A DNA stretch of 64,000 nucleotides, taken from contig OZ024743.1 of NCBI GenBank assembly GCA_964016885.1, forward strand, positions 208,878,001-208,942,000, given 5' to 3'. Shown piece by piece: positions 32,401 to 46,249 of this stretch. The position numbers and the translations under genes are program-made. The first letter of the stretch is position 1. Each line of letters starts with the position of its first letter. Origin of the DNA: Eledone cirrhosa. Its lineage: Eukaryota. The notes under the pieces were generated by a model, which made no database searches, was not told the DNA's origin, and saw only the letters and a program-made list of their open reading frames with translations.

Positions 32401-35400
32401 ACACATGAAAGATCTTCACTCCATAAGATATACCACAGTTCACCATCCTATAGCCACACATGAAAGCTATTCACTCCATAAGATATACCACAGTTTACCA
32501 TCCTATAGCCACAGATGAAAGCTCTTCACTCCATAAGATATACCACAGTTTACCATCCTATAGCCACACATGAAAGATCTTCACTCCATAAGATATACCA
32601 CAGTTCACCATCCTATAGCCACACATGAAAGCTCTTCACTCCATAAGATATACCACAGTTTACCATCCTATAGCCAGAGATGAAAGCTCTTCACTCCATA
32701 AGATATACCACAGTTTACCATACTATAGTCACACATGAAAGCTCTTCACTCCATAAGATATACCACAATTTACCATCCTATGGCCACAGATGAAAGCTCT
32801 TCACTCCATAAGATATACCACAGTTTACCATCCTATAGCCACACATGAAAGCTCTTCACTCCATAAGATATACCACAGTTTACCATCCTATAGCCACGCT
32901 ACGGATGAAAGCTCTTCACTCCATAAGATATACCACAGTTTACCATCCTATAGCCACACATGAAAGCCCTTCACTCCATGAGATATATCACAGTTTAACA
33001 TCCTATCGCCACAGATGAAAGGTCTTCACTCCATAATATATACCACAGTTTACTATCCTATAGACAGATGAAAGCTCTTCACTCCATAAGATATACCACA
33101 GTTTACCATCCTATAGCCACAGATGAAAGCTCTTCACTCCATAAGATATACCACAGTTTACCATCCTACAGCCACGCCACGGATGAATGCTCTTCACTCC
33201 ATAAGATATACCACAGTTTACCATCCTATAGCCACAGATAAAAGCTCTTCACTCCATAAGATATACCACAGTTTACCATCCTATAGTCACACATGAAAGC
33301 TCTTCACTCCTTAAGATATACCACAGTTTACCATCCTAAAGCCACACATGAGAGCTCTTCACTCCATAAGATATACCACAGTTTACCATCCTATAGACAC
33401 ACATGAGAGCTCTTCACTCCATAACATATACCACAGTTTACCATCATATAGACACACACGAGAGCTCTTCACTCCATAAGATATACCACAGTTTACCATC
33501 CTATAGCCACACATGAGAGCTCTTCACTCCATAAGATATACCACAGTTTACCATCCTATAGCCACAGATGAAAGCTCTTCACTCCATAAGATATACCACA
33601 GTTTACCATCCTATAGCCAGATGAAAGTTCTTCACTCCATAAGATATACCACAGTCTACCATCCTATAGCCAGATGAAAGCTCTTCACTCCATAAGATAT
33701 ACCACAGTTCACCATCCTATAGCCACGCATGAAAGCTCTTCACTCCATAAGATATACCACAGTTTACCATCCTATAGCCACACATGAAAGCTCTTCACTC
33801 CATAAGATATACCACAGTTTACCATCCTATAGACACACATGAGAGCTCTTCACTCCATAACATATACCACAGTTTACCATCATATAGACACACACGAGAG
33901 CTCTTCACTCCATAAGATATACCACAGTTTACCATCCTATAGCCACACATGAAAGCTCTTCACTCCATAAGATATACCACAGTTTCCAGTCCTATAGCCA
34001 CAGATGAAAGCTCTTCACTCCATAAGATATACCACAGTTTACCATCCTATAGCCACACATGAAAGCTCTTCACTCCATAAGATATACCACAGTTTACCAT
34101 CCTATAGCCACAGATGAAAGCTCTTCACTCCATAAGATATACCACAGTTTACCATCCTATAGCCAGATGAAAGCTCTTCACTCCATAAGATATACCACAG
34201 TTTACCATCCTATAGCCACGCATGAAAGCTCTTCACTCCATAAGATATACCACAGTTTACCATCCTATAGCCACACATGAAATCTCTTCACTCCATAAGA
34301 TATACCACAGTTTACCATCCTATAGCCACAGATGAAAGCTCTTCACTCCATAAGATATACCACAGTTTACGATCATATAGCCACAGATAAAAGCTCTTCA
34401 CTCCATAACATATACCACAGTTTACCATCCTATAGCCACACATGAGAGCTCTTCACTCCATAAGATATACCACAGCTTACCATCCTATAGCCACACATGA
34501 AAGCTCTTCACTCCATAAGATATACCACAGTTTACCATCCTATAGCCAGATGAAAGCTTTTCACTCCATATGATATACCACAGTTTACCATCCTATAGCC
34601 ACACATGAAAGATCTTCACTCCATAAGATATACCACAGTTCACCATCCTATAGCCACACATGAAAGCTCTTCACTCCATAAGATATACCACAGTTTACCA
34701 TCCTATAGCCACAGATTTAAGCTCTTCACTCCATAAGATATACCTCAGTTTACCATCCTATAGTCACACATGAAAGCTCTACACTCCATAAGATATACCA
34801 CAGTTTACCATCCTATAGCCACACATGAAAGCTCTTCACTCCATAAGATATACCACAGTTTACCATCCTAGAGCCACAGATGAAAGCTCTTCACTCCATA
34901 AGATATACCACAGTTTACCATCCTATGGCTAGAGATGAAAGCTCTTCACTCTATAGGATATACCACAGTTTACCATCCTATAGCGACACATGAAAGCTCT
35001 TCACTCCATCAGTTATACCACAGTTTACCATCCGATAGCCACAAATGAGAGCTCTTCACTCCATAAGATATACCACAGTTTACCATCCTATAGCCACACA
35101 TGAAAGCTCTTCACTCCATGAGATATACCACAGTTTAACATCCTTTCGCCACAGACGAGAGCTCTTCACTCCATAAGATATACCACAGTTTACCATCCTA
35201 TAGCCAGATGAAAGCTCTTCACTCCATAAGATATACCACAGTTTACCATCCTATAGCCACAGATGAAAGCTCTTCACTCCATAAGATATACCACAGTTTA
35301 CCATCCTATAGTCACACATGAAAGCTCTTCACTCCTTAAGATATACCACAGTTTACCATCCTATAGCCAGATGAAAGCTCTTCACTCCATAAGATATACC

Positions 35401-37562
35401 ACAGTTTACCATCCTATAGCCACAGATGAAAGCTCTTCACTCCATAAGATATACCACAGTTTAACATCCTATAGCCACAGATGAAAGCTGTTCACTCCAT
35501 AAGATATACCACAGTTTACCATCCTATAGCCACACATGAAAGCTCTTCACTCCATAAGATATACCACAGTTTACCATCCTATAGCCACACATGGAAGCTC
35601 TTCACTCCATGAGATATACCACAGTTTACCATCCTATAGCCACACATGAAAGCTCTTCACCCCATAAGATATCCCACAGTTTACCATCCTATAGCCAGAT
35701 GAAAGCTCTTCACTCCATAAGATATACCACAGTTTACCATCCTATAGCCACAAATGAAAGCTCTTCACTCCATAAGATATACCAAAGTTTACCATCCTAT
35801 AGCCAGATGAAAGCTCTTCACTCCATAAGATATACCACAGTTTACCATCCTATAGCCAGATGAAAGTTCTTCACTCCATAAGATATACCATAGTTTACCA
35901 TCCTATAGCCAGATGAAAGCTCTTCACTCCATAAGATATACCACAGTTTACCATCCTATACCCACACATGAAAGCTCTTCACTCCATAACATATACCACA
36001 GTTTACCATCATATAGCCACAGATGAAAGCTCTTCACTCCATAAGATATACCACAGTTTACCATCCTATAGCCACACAAGAAAGCTCTTCACTCCATAAC
36101 ATATACCACAGTTTACCATCCTATAGCCAGATGAAAGTTCTTCACTCCATAAGATATACCACAGTTTACCATCCTATATACAGATGAAAGCTCTTCACTC
36201 CATAAGATATACCACAGTTTACCATCCTATAGCCACGCATGAAAGCTCTTCACTCCATAAGACATACCACAGTTTACCATCCTATAGCCACACATGAAAT
36301 CTCTTCACTCCATAAGATATACCACAGTTTACCATTCTATAGCCACAGATGAAAGCTCTTCACTCCATAAGATATACCACAGTTTACGATCCTATAGCCA
36401 CAGATGAGAGCTCTTCACTCCATAACATATACCACAGTTTACCATCCTATAGCCACACATGAGAGCTCTTCACTCCATAAGATATACCACAGTTTACCAT
36501 CATATAGCCACACATGAAAGCTCTTCACTCCATAAGATATACCACAGTTTACCATCCTATAGCCAGATGAAAGCTTTTCACTCCATAAGATATACCACAG
36601 TTTACCATCCTATAGCCACACATGAAAGATCTTCACTCCATAAGATATACCACAGTTCACCATCCTATAGCCACACATGAAAGCTATTCACTCCATAAGA
36701 TATACCACAGTTTACCATCCTATAGCCACAGATGAAAGCTCTTCACTCCATAAGATATACCACAGTTTACCATCCTATAGCCACACATGAAAGATCTTCA
36801 CTCCATAAGATATACCACAGTTCACCATCCTATAGCCACACATGAAAGCTCTTCACTCCATAAGATATACCACAGTTTACCATCCTATAGCCAGAGATGA
36901 AAGCTCTTCACTCCATAAGATATACCACAGTTTACCATACTATAGTCACACATGAAAGCTCTTCACTCCATAAGATATACCACAATTTACCATCCTATGG
37001 CCACAGATGAAAGCTCTTCACTCCATAAGATATACCACAGTTTACCATCCTATAGCCACACATGAAAGCTCTTCACTCCATAAGATATACCACAGTTTAC
37101 CATCCTATAGCCACGCTACGGATGAAAGCTCTTCACTCCATAAGATATACCACAGTTTACCATCCTATAGCCACACATGAAAGCCCTTCACTCCATGAGA
37201 TATATCACAGTTTAACATCCTATCGTCACAGATGAAAGGTCTTCACTCCATAATATATACCACAGTTTACTATCCTATAGACAGATGAAAGCTCTTCACT
37301 CCATAAGATATACCACAGTTTACCATCCTATAGCCACAGATGAAAGCTCTTCACTCCATAATATATACCACAGTTTACCATCCTACAGCCACGCCACGGA
37401 TGAATGCTCTTCACTCCATAAGATATACCACAGTTTACCATCCTATAGCCACAGATAAAAGCTCTTCACTCCATAAGATATACCACAGTTTACCATCCTA
37501 TAGTCACACATGAAAGCTCTTCACTCCTTAAGATATACCACAGTTTACCATCCTAAAGCCAC
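29130..37562. repeat. Higher-order tandem duplication, period 4217 bp (about 77 monomers), 2 copies
   Basis: tacgatcata (30151/34368), gatatcccac (31451/35668) and tcctaaagcc (33334/37551) recur at +4217. ORF pairs 29842/34059, 31046/35263, 31374/35591 and 32242/36459 share that offset. Confidence 0.92.
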
Positions 37563-40500
37563 ACATGAAAGCTCTTCACTCCATAAGATATACCACAGTT
37601 TACCATCCTATAGCCACACATGGAAGCTCTTCACTCCATAAGATATACCACAGTTTACCATCCTATAGCCACGCATGAAAGCTCTTCACTCCATAAGATA
37701 TACCACAGTTTACCATCCTATAGCCACACATGAAATCTCTTCACTCCATAAGATATACCACAGTTTACCATCCTATAGCCACAGATGAAAGCTCTTCACT
37801 CCATAAGATATACCACAGTTTACGATCCTATAGCCACAGATAAAAGCTCTTCACTCCATAACATATACCACAGTTTACCATCCTATAGCCACACATGAGA
37901 GCTCTTCACTCCATAAGATATACCACAGCTTACCATCCTATAGCCACACATGAAAGCTCTTCACTCCATAAGATATACCACAGTTTACCATCCTATAGCC
38001 AGATGAAAGCTTTTCACTCCATAAGATATACCACAGTTTACCATCCTATAGCCACACATGAAAGCTCTTCACTCCATAAGATATACCACAGTTTACCATC
38101 CTATAGCCACAGATGAAAGCTCTTCACTCCATAAGATATACCTCAGTTTACCATCCTATAGTCACACATGAAAGCTCTTAACTCCATAAGATATACCACA
38201 GTTTACCATCCTATGGCCACAGATGAAAGCTCTTCACACCATAAGATATACCACAGTTTACCATCCTATAGCCACATATGAAAGCTCTTCACTCCATAAG
38301 ATATACCACAGTTTACCATCCTATGGCCACACATGAAAGCTCTTCACTCAATAAGATATACCACTGTTTACCATACTATAGCCACAAATGAGAGCTCTTC
38401 ACTCCATAAGATATACCAAAGTTTACCGTCCTATAGCCAGATGAAAGTTCTTCACTCCATAAGATATACCACAGTTTACCATCCTATAGCCAGATGAAAG
38501 CTCTTCACTCCATAAGATATACCACAGTTTACCATCTTATAGCCACACATGAAAGCTCTTCGCTCCATAAGATATAACACAGTTTACCATCCTATAGCCA
38601 CAGATGAAAGTTCTTCACTCCATAAGATATACCACAGTTTACCATCCTATAGCCACAGATGAAAGCTCTTCACTCCATAAGATATACCACAGTTTACCAT
38701 CCTATAGCCACACATGAGAGCTCTTCACTCCATAAGATATACCACAGTTTACCATCCTATTGCCATACATGAAAGCTCTTCACTCCATAAGATATACCAC
38801 AGTTTACCATCCTATAGCCACAGATGAAAGCTCTTCACTCCATAAGATATACCACAGTTTACCATCCTATAGCCACACATGAAAGCTCTTCACTCCATAA
38901 GATATACCACAGTTTACCATCCTATAGCCAGATGAAAGTTCTTCACTCCATAAGATATACCACAGTTTACCATCCTATAGCCACACATGAAAGCTCTTCA
39001 CTCCATAAGATATACCACAGTTTACCATCCTATAGCCACAGATGAAAGCTCTTCACTCCATAAGATATACCACAGTTTACCATTCTATAGCCAGATGAAA
39101 GCTCTTCACTCCATAAGATATACCACAGTTTACCATCCTATAGCCACGCATGAAAGCTCTTCACTCCATAAGATATACCACAGTTTACCATCCTATAGCC
39201 ACACATGAAATCTCTTCACTCCATAAGATATACCACAGTTTACCATCCTATAGCCACAGATGAAAGCTCTTCACTCCATAAGATATACCACAGTTTACGA
39301 TCCTATAGCCACAGATAAAAGCTCTTCACTCCATAACCTATACCACAGTTTACCATCCTATAGCCACACATGAGAGCTCTTCACTCCATAAGATATACCA
39401 CAGCTTACCATCCTATAGCCACACATGAAAGCTCTTCACTCCATAAGATATACCACAGTTTACCATCCTATAGCCAGATGAAAGCTTTTCACTCCATAAG
39501 ATATACCACAGTTTACCATCCTATAGCCACACATGAAAGATCTTCACTCCATAAGATATACCACAGTTCACCATCCTATAGCCACACATGAAAGCTCTTC
39601 ACTCCATAAGATATACCACAGTTTACCATCCTATAGCCACAGATGAAAGCTCTTCACTCCATAAGATATACCTCAGTTTACCATCCTATAGTCACACATG
39701 AAAGCTCTACACTCCATAAGATATACCACAGTTTACCATCCTATAGCCACACATGAAAGCTCTTCACTCCATAAGATATACCACAGTTTACCATCCTAGA
39801 GCCACAGATGAAAGCTCTTCACTCCATAAGATATACCACAGTTTACCATCCTATGGCTAGAGATGAAAGCTCTTCACTCTATAGGATATACCACAGTTTA
39901 CCATCCTATAGCGACACATGAAAGCTCTTCACTCCATAAGTTATACCACAGTTTACCATCCGATAGCCACACATGAGAGCTCTTCACTCCATAAGATATA
40001 CCACAGTTTACCATCCTATAGCCACACATGAAAGCTCTTCACTCCATGAGATATACCACAGTTTAACATCCTATCGCCACAGACGAAAGCTCTTCACTCC
40101 ATAAGATATACCACAGTTTAACATCCTATAGCCAGATGAAAGCTCTTCACTCCATAAGATATACCACAGTTTACCATCCTATAACCACAGATGAAAGCTC
40201 TTCACTCCATAAGATATACCACAGTTTACCATCCTATAGTCACACATGAAAGCTCTTCACTCCTTAAGATATACCACAGTTTACCATCCTATAGCCAGAT
40301 GAAAGCTCTTCATTACATAAGATATACCACAGTTTACCATCCTATAGCCACAGATGAAAGCTCTTCACTCCATAAGATATACCACAGTTTAACATCCTAT
40401 AGCCACAGATGAAAGCTGTTCACTCCATAAGATATACCACAGTTTACCATCCTATAGCCACACATGAAAGCTCTTCACTCCATAAGATATACCACAGTTT

Positions 40501-43500
40501 ACCATCCTATAGCCACACATGGAAGCTCTTCACTCCATGAGATATACGACAGTTTACCATCCTATAGCCACACATGAAAGCTCTTCACCCCATAAGATAT
40601 GCCACAGTTTACCATCCTATAGCCAGATGAAAGCTCTTCACTCCATAAGATATACCACAGTTTACCATCCTATAGCCACAAATGAAAGCTCTTCACTCCA
40701 TAAGATATACCAAAGTTTACCATCCTATAGCCAGATGAAAGCTCTTCACTCCATAAGATATACCACAGTTTACCATCCTATAGCCAGATGAAAGTTCTTC
40801 ACTCCATAAGATATACCATAGTTTACCATCCTATAGCCAGATGAAAGCTCTTCACTCCATAAGATATACCACAGTTTACCATCCTATAGCCACACATGAA
40901 AGCTCTTGACTCCATAAGATATACCACAGTTTACCATCATATAGCCACAGATGAAAGCTCTTCACTCCATAAGATATACCACAGTTTACCATCCTATAGC
41001 CACACATGAAAGCTCTTCACTCCATAACATATACCACAGTTTACCATCCTATAGCCAGATGAAAGTTCTTCACTCCATAAGATATACCACAGTTTACCAT
41101 CCTATAGCCAGATGAAAGCTCTTCACTTCATAAGATATACCACAGTTTACCATCCTATAGCCACAGATGAGAGCTCTTCACTCCATAACATATACCACAG
41201 TTTACCATCCTATAGCCACACATGAGAGCTCTTCACTCCATAAGATATACCACAGTTTACCATCCTATAGCCACACATGAAAGCTCTTCACTCCATAAGA
41301 TATACCACAGTTTACCATCCTATAGCCAGATGAAAGCTTTTCACTCCATAAGATATACCACAGTTTACCATCCTATAGCCACACATGAAAGATCTTCACT
41401 CCATAAGATATACCACAGTTCGCCATCCTATAGCCACACATGAAAGCTATTCACCCCATAAGATATACCACAGTTTACCATCCTATAGCCACAGATGAAA
41501 GCTCTTCACTCCATAAGATATACCACAGTTCACCATCCTATAGCCACACATGAAAGCTCTTCACTCCATAAGATATACCACAGTTTACCATCCTATAGCC
41601 AGAGATGAAAGCTCTTCACTCCATAAGATATACCACAGTTTACCATCCTATAGCCACACATGAAAGCTCTTCACTCCATAAGATATACCACAGTTTACCA
41701 TCCTATAGCCACGCTACGGATGAAAGCTCTTCACTCCATAAGATATACCACAGTTTACCATCCTATAGCCACACATGAAAGCTCTTCACTCCATGAGATA
41801 TATCACAGTTTAACATCCTATCGCCACAGATGAAAGCTCTTCACTCCATAATATATACCACAGTTTACCATCCTATAGACAGATGAAAGCTCTTCACTCC
41901 ATAAGATATACCACAGTTTACCATCCTATAGCCACAGATGAAAGCACTTCACTCCATAAGATATACCACAGTTTACCATCCTATAGTCACACATGAAAGC
42001 TCTTCACTCCTTAAGATATACCACAGTTTACCATCCTAAAGCCACAGATGAAAGCTGTTCACTCCATAAGATATACCACAATTTACCATCCTATAGCCAC
42101 ACATGAAAGCTCTTCACTCCATAAGATATACCACAGTTTACCATTCTATAGCCACACATGGAAGCTCTTCACTCCATGAGATATACCACAGTTTACGATC
42201 CTATAGCCACACATGAAAGCTCTTCACTCCATAAGATATACCACAGTTTACCATCCTATGGCCACACATGAAAGCTCTTCACTCAATAAGATATACCACT
42301 GTTTACCATACTATAGCCACAAATGAAAGCTCTTCACTCCATAAGATATACCACAGTTTACCATCCTATAGCCAGATGAAAGTTCTTCACTCCATAAGAT
42401 ATACCACAGTTTACCATCCTATAGCCAGATGAAAGCCCTTCACTCCATAAGATATACCACAGTTTACCATCCTATAGCCACACATGAAAGCTCTTCACTC
42501 CATAAGATATAACACAGTTTACCATCCTATAGCAACAGATGAAAGTTCTTCACTCCATAAGATATACCACAGTTTACCATCCTATAGCCACACATGAAAG
42601 CTCTTCACTCCATAACATATAACACAGTTTACCATCCTATAGCCACAGATGAAAGCTCTTCACCCCATAAGATATACTACAGTTTACCATCCTATAGCCA
42701 CAGATGAAAGCTCTTCACTCCATAAGATATACCACCGTTTACCATCCTATAGCCGCAGATGAAAGCTCTTCACTCCATAAGATATACCACAGTTTACCAT
42801 CCTATGGCCACAGATGAAAGCTCTTCACTCCATAAGATATACCACAGTTTACCATCCTATAGCCACACATGAAAGCTCTTCACTCCATAAGATATACCAC
42901 AGTTTACCATCCTATAGCCAAACATGAAAGCTCTTCACTCCATAAGATATACCACAGTTTACCATCCTATAGCCAGATGAAAGCTCTTCACTCCATAAAT
43001 ATACCACAGTTTACCATCCTATGGCCAGATGAAAGCTCTTCACTCCATAAGATATACCACAGTTTACCATCCTATAGCCACACATGAAAGCTCTTCATTC
43101 CATAAGATATACCACAGTTTACCATCCTATAGCCAGATGAAAGCTCTTCACTCCATAAGATATACCACAGTTTACCATCCTATAGCCACACATGAAAGCT
43201 CTTCACTCCATAAGATATACCACAGTTTACCATCCTATAGCCACAGATGAAAGCTCTTCACTCCATAAGATATACCACAGTATACCATCCTATAGCCACA
43301 CATGAAAGCTCTTCACCCCATAAGATATACCACAGTTTACCATCCTATAGCCACACATGAGAGCTCTTCACTCCATAAGATATTCCACAGTTTACCATCC
43401 TATAGCCACACATGAAAGCTCTTCCCTCCATAAGATATACCACAGTTTATCATCCTAGAGCCACACATGAAAGCTCTTCACTCCATAAGATATACCACAG

Positions 43501-46249
43501 TTTACCATCCTATAGCCACACATGAAAGCTCTTCACTCCATAAGATATACCACAGTTTACCATCCTATAGTCACAAATGAAAGCTCTTCACTCCATAAGA
43601 TATACCACAGTTTACCATCCTATAGCCACACATGAAGGCTCTTCACTCCATCAGATATACCACAGTTTCCCATCCTATAGCCAGATGAAACTCTTCACTC
43701 CATAAGATATACCAAAGTTTACCATCCTATAGCCAGATGAAAGCTCTTCACTCCATAAGATATACCAAAGTTTACCATCCTATAGCCAGATGAAAGTTCT
43801 TCACTCCATAAGATATAGCACAGTTTACCATCCTATATCCAGATGAAAGCTCTTCACTCCATAAGATATACCACAGTTTACCATCCTATAGCCACACATG
43901 AAAGCTCTTCACTCCATAAGATATAACACACTTTACCATCCTATAGCCACAGATGAAAGTTCTTCACTCCATAAGATATACCACAGTTTACCATCCTATA
44001 GCCACACATGAAAGCTCTTCACTCCATAACATATAACACAGTTTACCATCCTATAGCCACAGATGAAAGCTCTTCACCCCATAAGATATACTACAGTTTA
44101 CCATCCTATAGCCACAGATGAAAGCTCTTCACTCCATAAGATATACCACAGTTTACCATCCTATAGCCACACATGAAAGCTCTTCACTCCATAAGATATA
44201 CCACAGTTTACCATCCTATAGACACACATGAAAGCTCTTCACTCCATAAGATATACCACAGTTTACCATCCTATAGCCAGATGAAAGCTCTTCACTCCAT
44301 AAATATACCACAGTTTACCATCCTATAGCCAGATGAAAGCTCTTCACTCCATAAGATATACCACAGTTTACCATCCTATAGCCGCACATGAAAGCTCTTC
44401 ATTCCATAAGATATACCACAGTTTACCATCCTATAGCCAGATGAAAGCTCTTCACTCCATAAGATATACCACAGTTTACCATCCTATAGCCACACATGAA
44501 AGCTCTTCACTCCATAAGATATACCACAGTTTACCATCCTATAGCCACAGATGAAAGCTCTTCACTCCATAAGATATACCATAGTTTACCATCCTATAGC
44601 CAGATGAAAGCTCTTCACTCCATAAGATATACCACAGTTTACCATCCTATAGCCACACATGAAAGCTCTTGACTCCATAAGATATACCACAGTTTACCAT
44701 CATATAGCCACAGATGAAAGCTCTTCACTCCATAAGATATACCACAGTTTACCATCCTATAGCCACACATGAAAGCTCTTCACTCCATAACATATACCAC
44801 AGTTTACCATCCTATAGCCAGATGAAAGTTCTTCACTCCATAAGATATACCACAGTTTACCATCCTATAGCCAGATGAAAGCTCTTCACTCCATAAGATA
44901 TACCACAGTTTACCATCCTATAGCCAGATGAAAGTTCTTCACTCCATAAGATATACCACAGTTTACCATCCTATAGCCACACATGAAAGCTCTTCACTCC
45001 ATAAGATATACCACAGTTTACCATCCTATAGCCAGATGAAAGCTTTTCACTCCATAAGATATACCACAGTTTACCATCCTATAGCCACACATGAAAGATC
45101 TTCACTCCATAAGATATACCACAGTTCACCATCCTATAGCCACACATGAAAGCTATTCACTCCATAAGATATACCACAGTTTACCATCCTATAGCCACAC
45201 ATGAAAGATCTTCACTCCATAAGATATACCACAGTTCACCATCCTATAGCCACACATGAAAGCTCTTCACTCCTTAAGATATACCACAGTTTACCATCCT
45301 ATAGCCAGAGATGAAAGCTCTTCACTCCATAAGATATACCACAGTTTACCATCCTATAGTCACACATGAAAGCTCTTCACTCCATAAGATATACCACAAT
45401 TTACCATCCTATGGCCACAGATGAAAGCTCTTCACTCCATAAGATATACCACAGTTTACCATCCTATAGCCACACATGAAAGCTCTTCACTCCATAAGAT
45501 ATACCACAGTTTACCATCCTATAGCCACACTACGGATGAAAGCTCTTCACTCCATAAGATATACCACAGTTTACCATCCTATAGCCACACATGAAAGCTC
45601 TTCACTCCATGAGATATATCACAGTTTAACATCCTATCGCCACAGATGAAAGCTCTTCACTCCATAATATATACCACAGTTTACCATCCTATAGACAGAT
45701 GAAAGCTCTTCACTCCATAAGATATACCACAGTTTACCATCCTATAGCCACAGATGAAAGCTCTTCACTCCATAAGATATACCACAGTTTACCATCCTAT
45801 AGCCACAGATGAAAGCTCTTCACTCCATAAGATATACCACAGTTTACCATCCTATAGTCACACATGAAAGCTCTTCACTCCTTAAGATATACCACAGTTT
45901 ACCATCCTAAAGCCACAGATGAAAGCTGTTCACTCCATAAGATATACCACAATTTACCATCCTATAGCCACACATGAAAGCTCTTCACTCCATAAGATAT
46001 ACCACAGTTTACCATCCTATAGCCACACATGGAAGCTCTTCACTCCATGAGATATACCACAGTTTACCATCCTATAGCCACACATGAAAGCTCTTCACTC
46101 CATAAGATATACCACAGTTTACCATCCTATGGCCACACATGAAAGCTCTTCACTCAATAAGATATACCACTGTTTACCATACTATAGCCACAAATGAAAG
46201 CTCTTCACTCCATAAGATATACCACAGTTTACCATCCTATAGCCAGATG

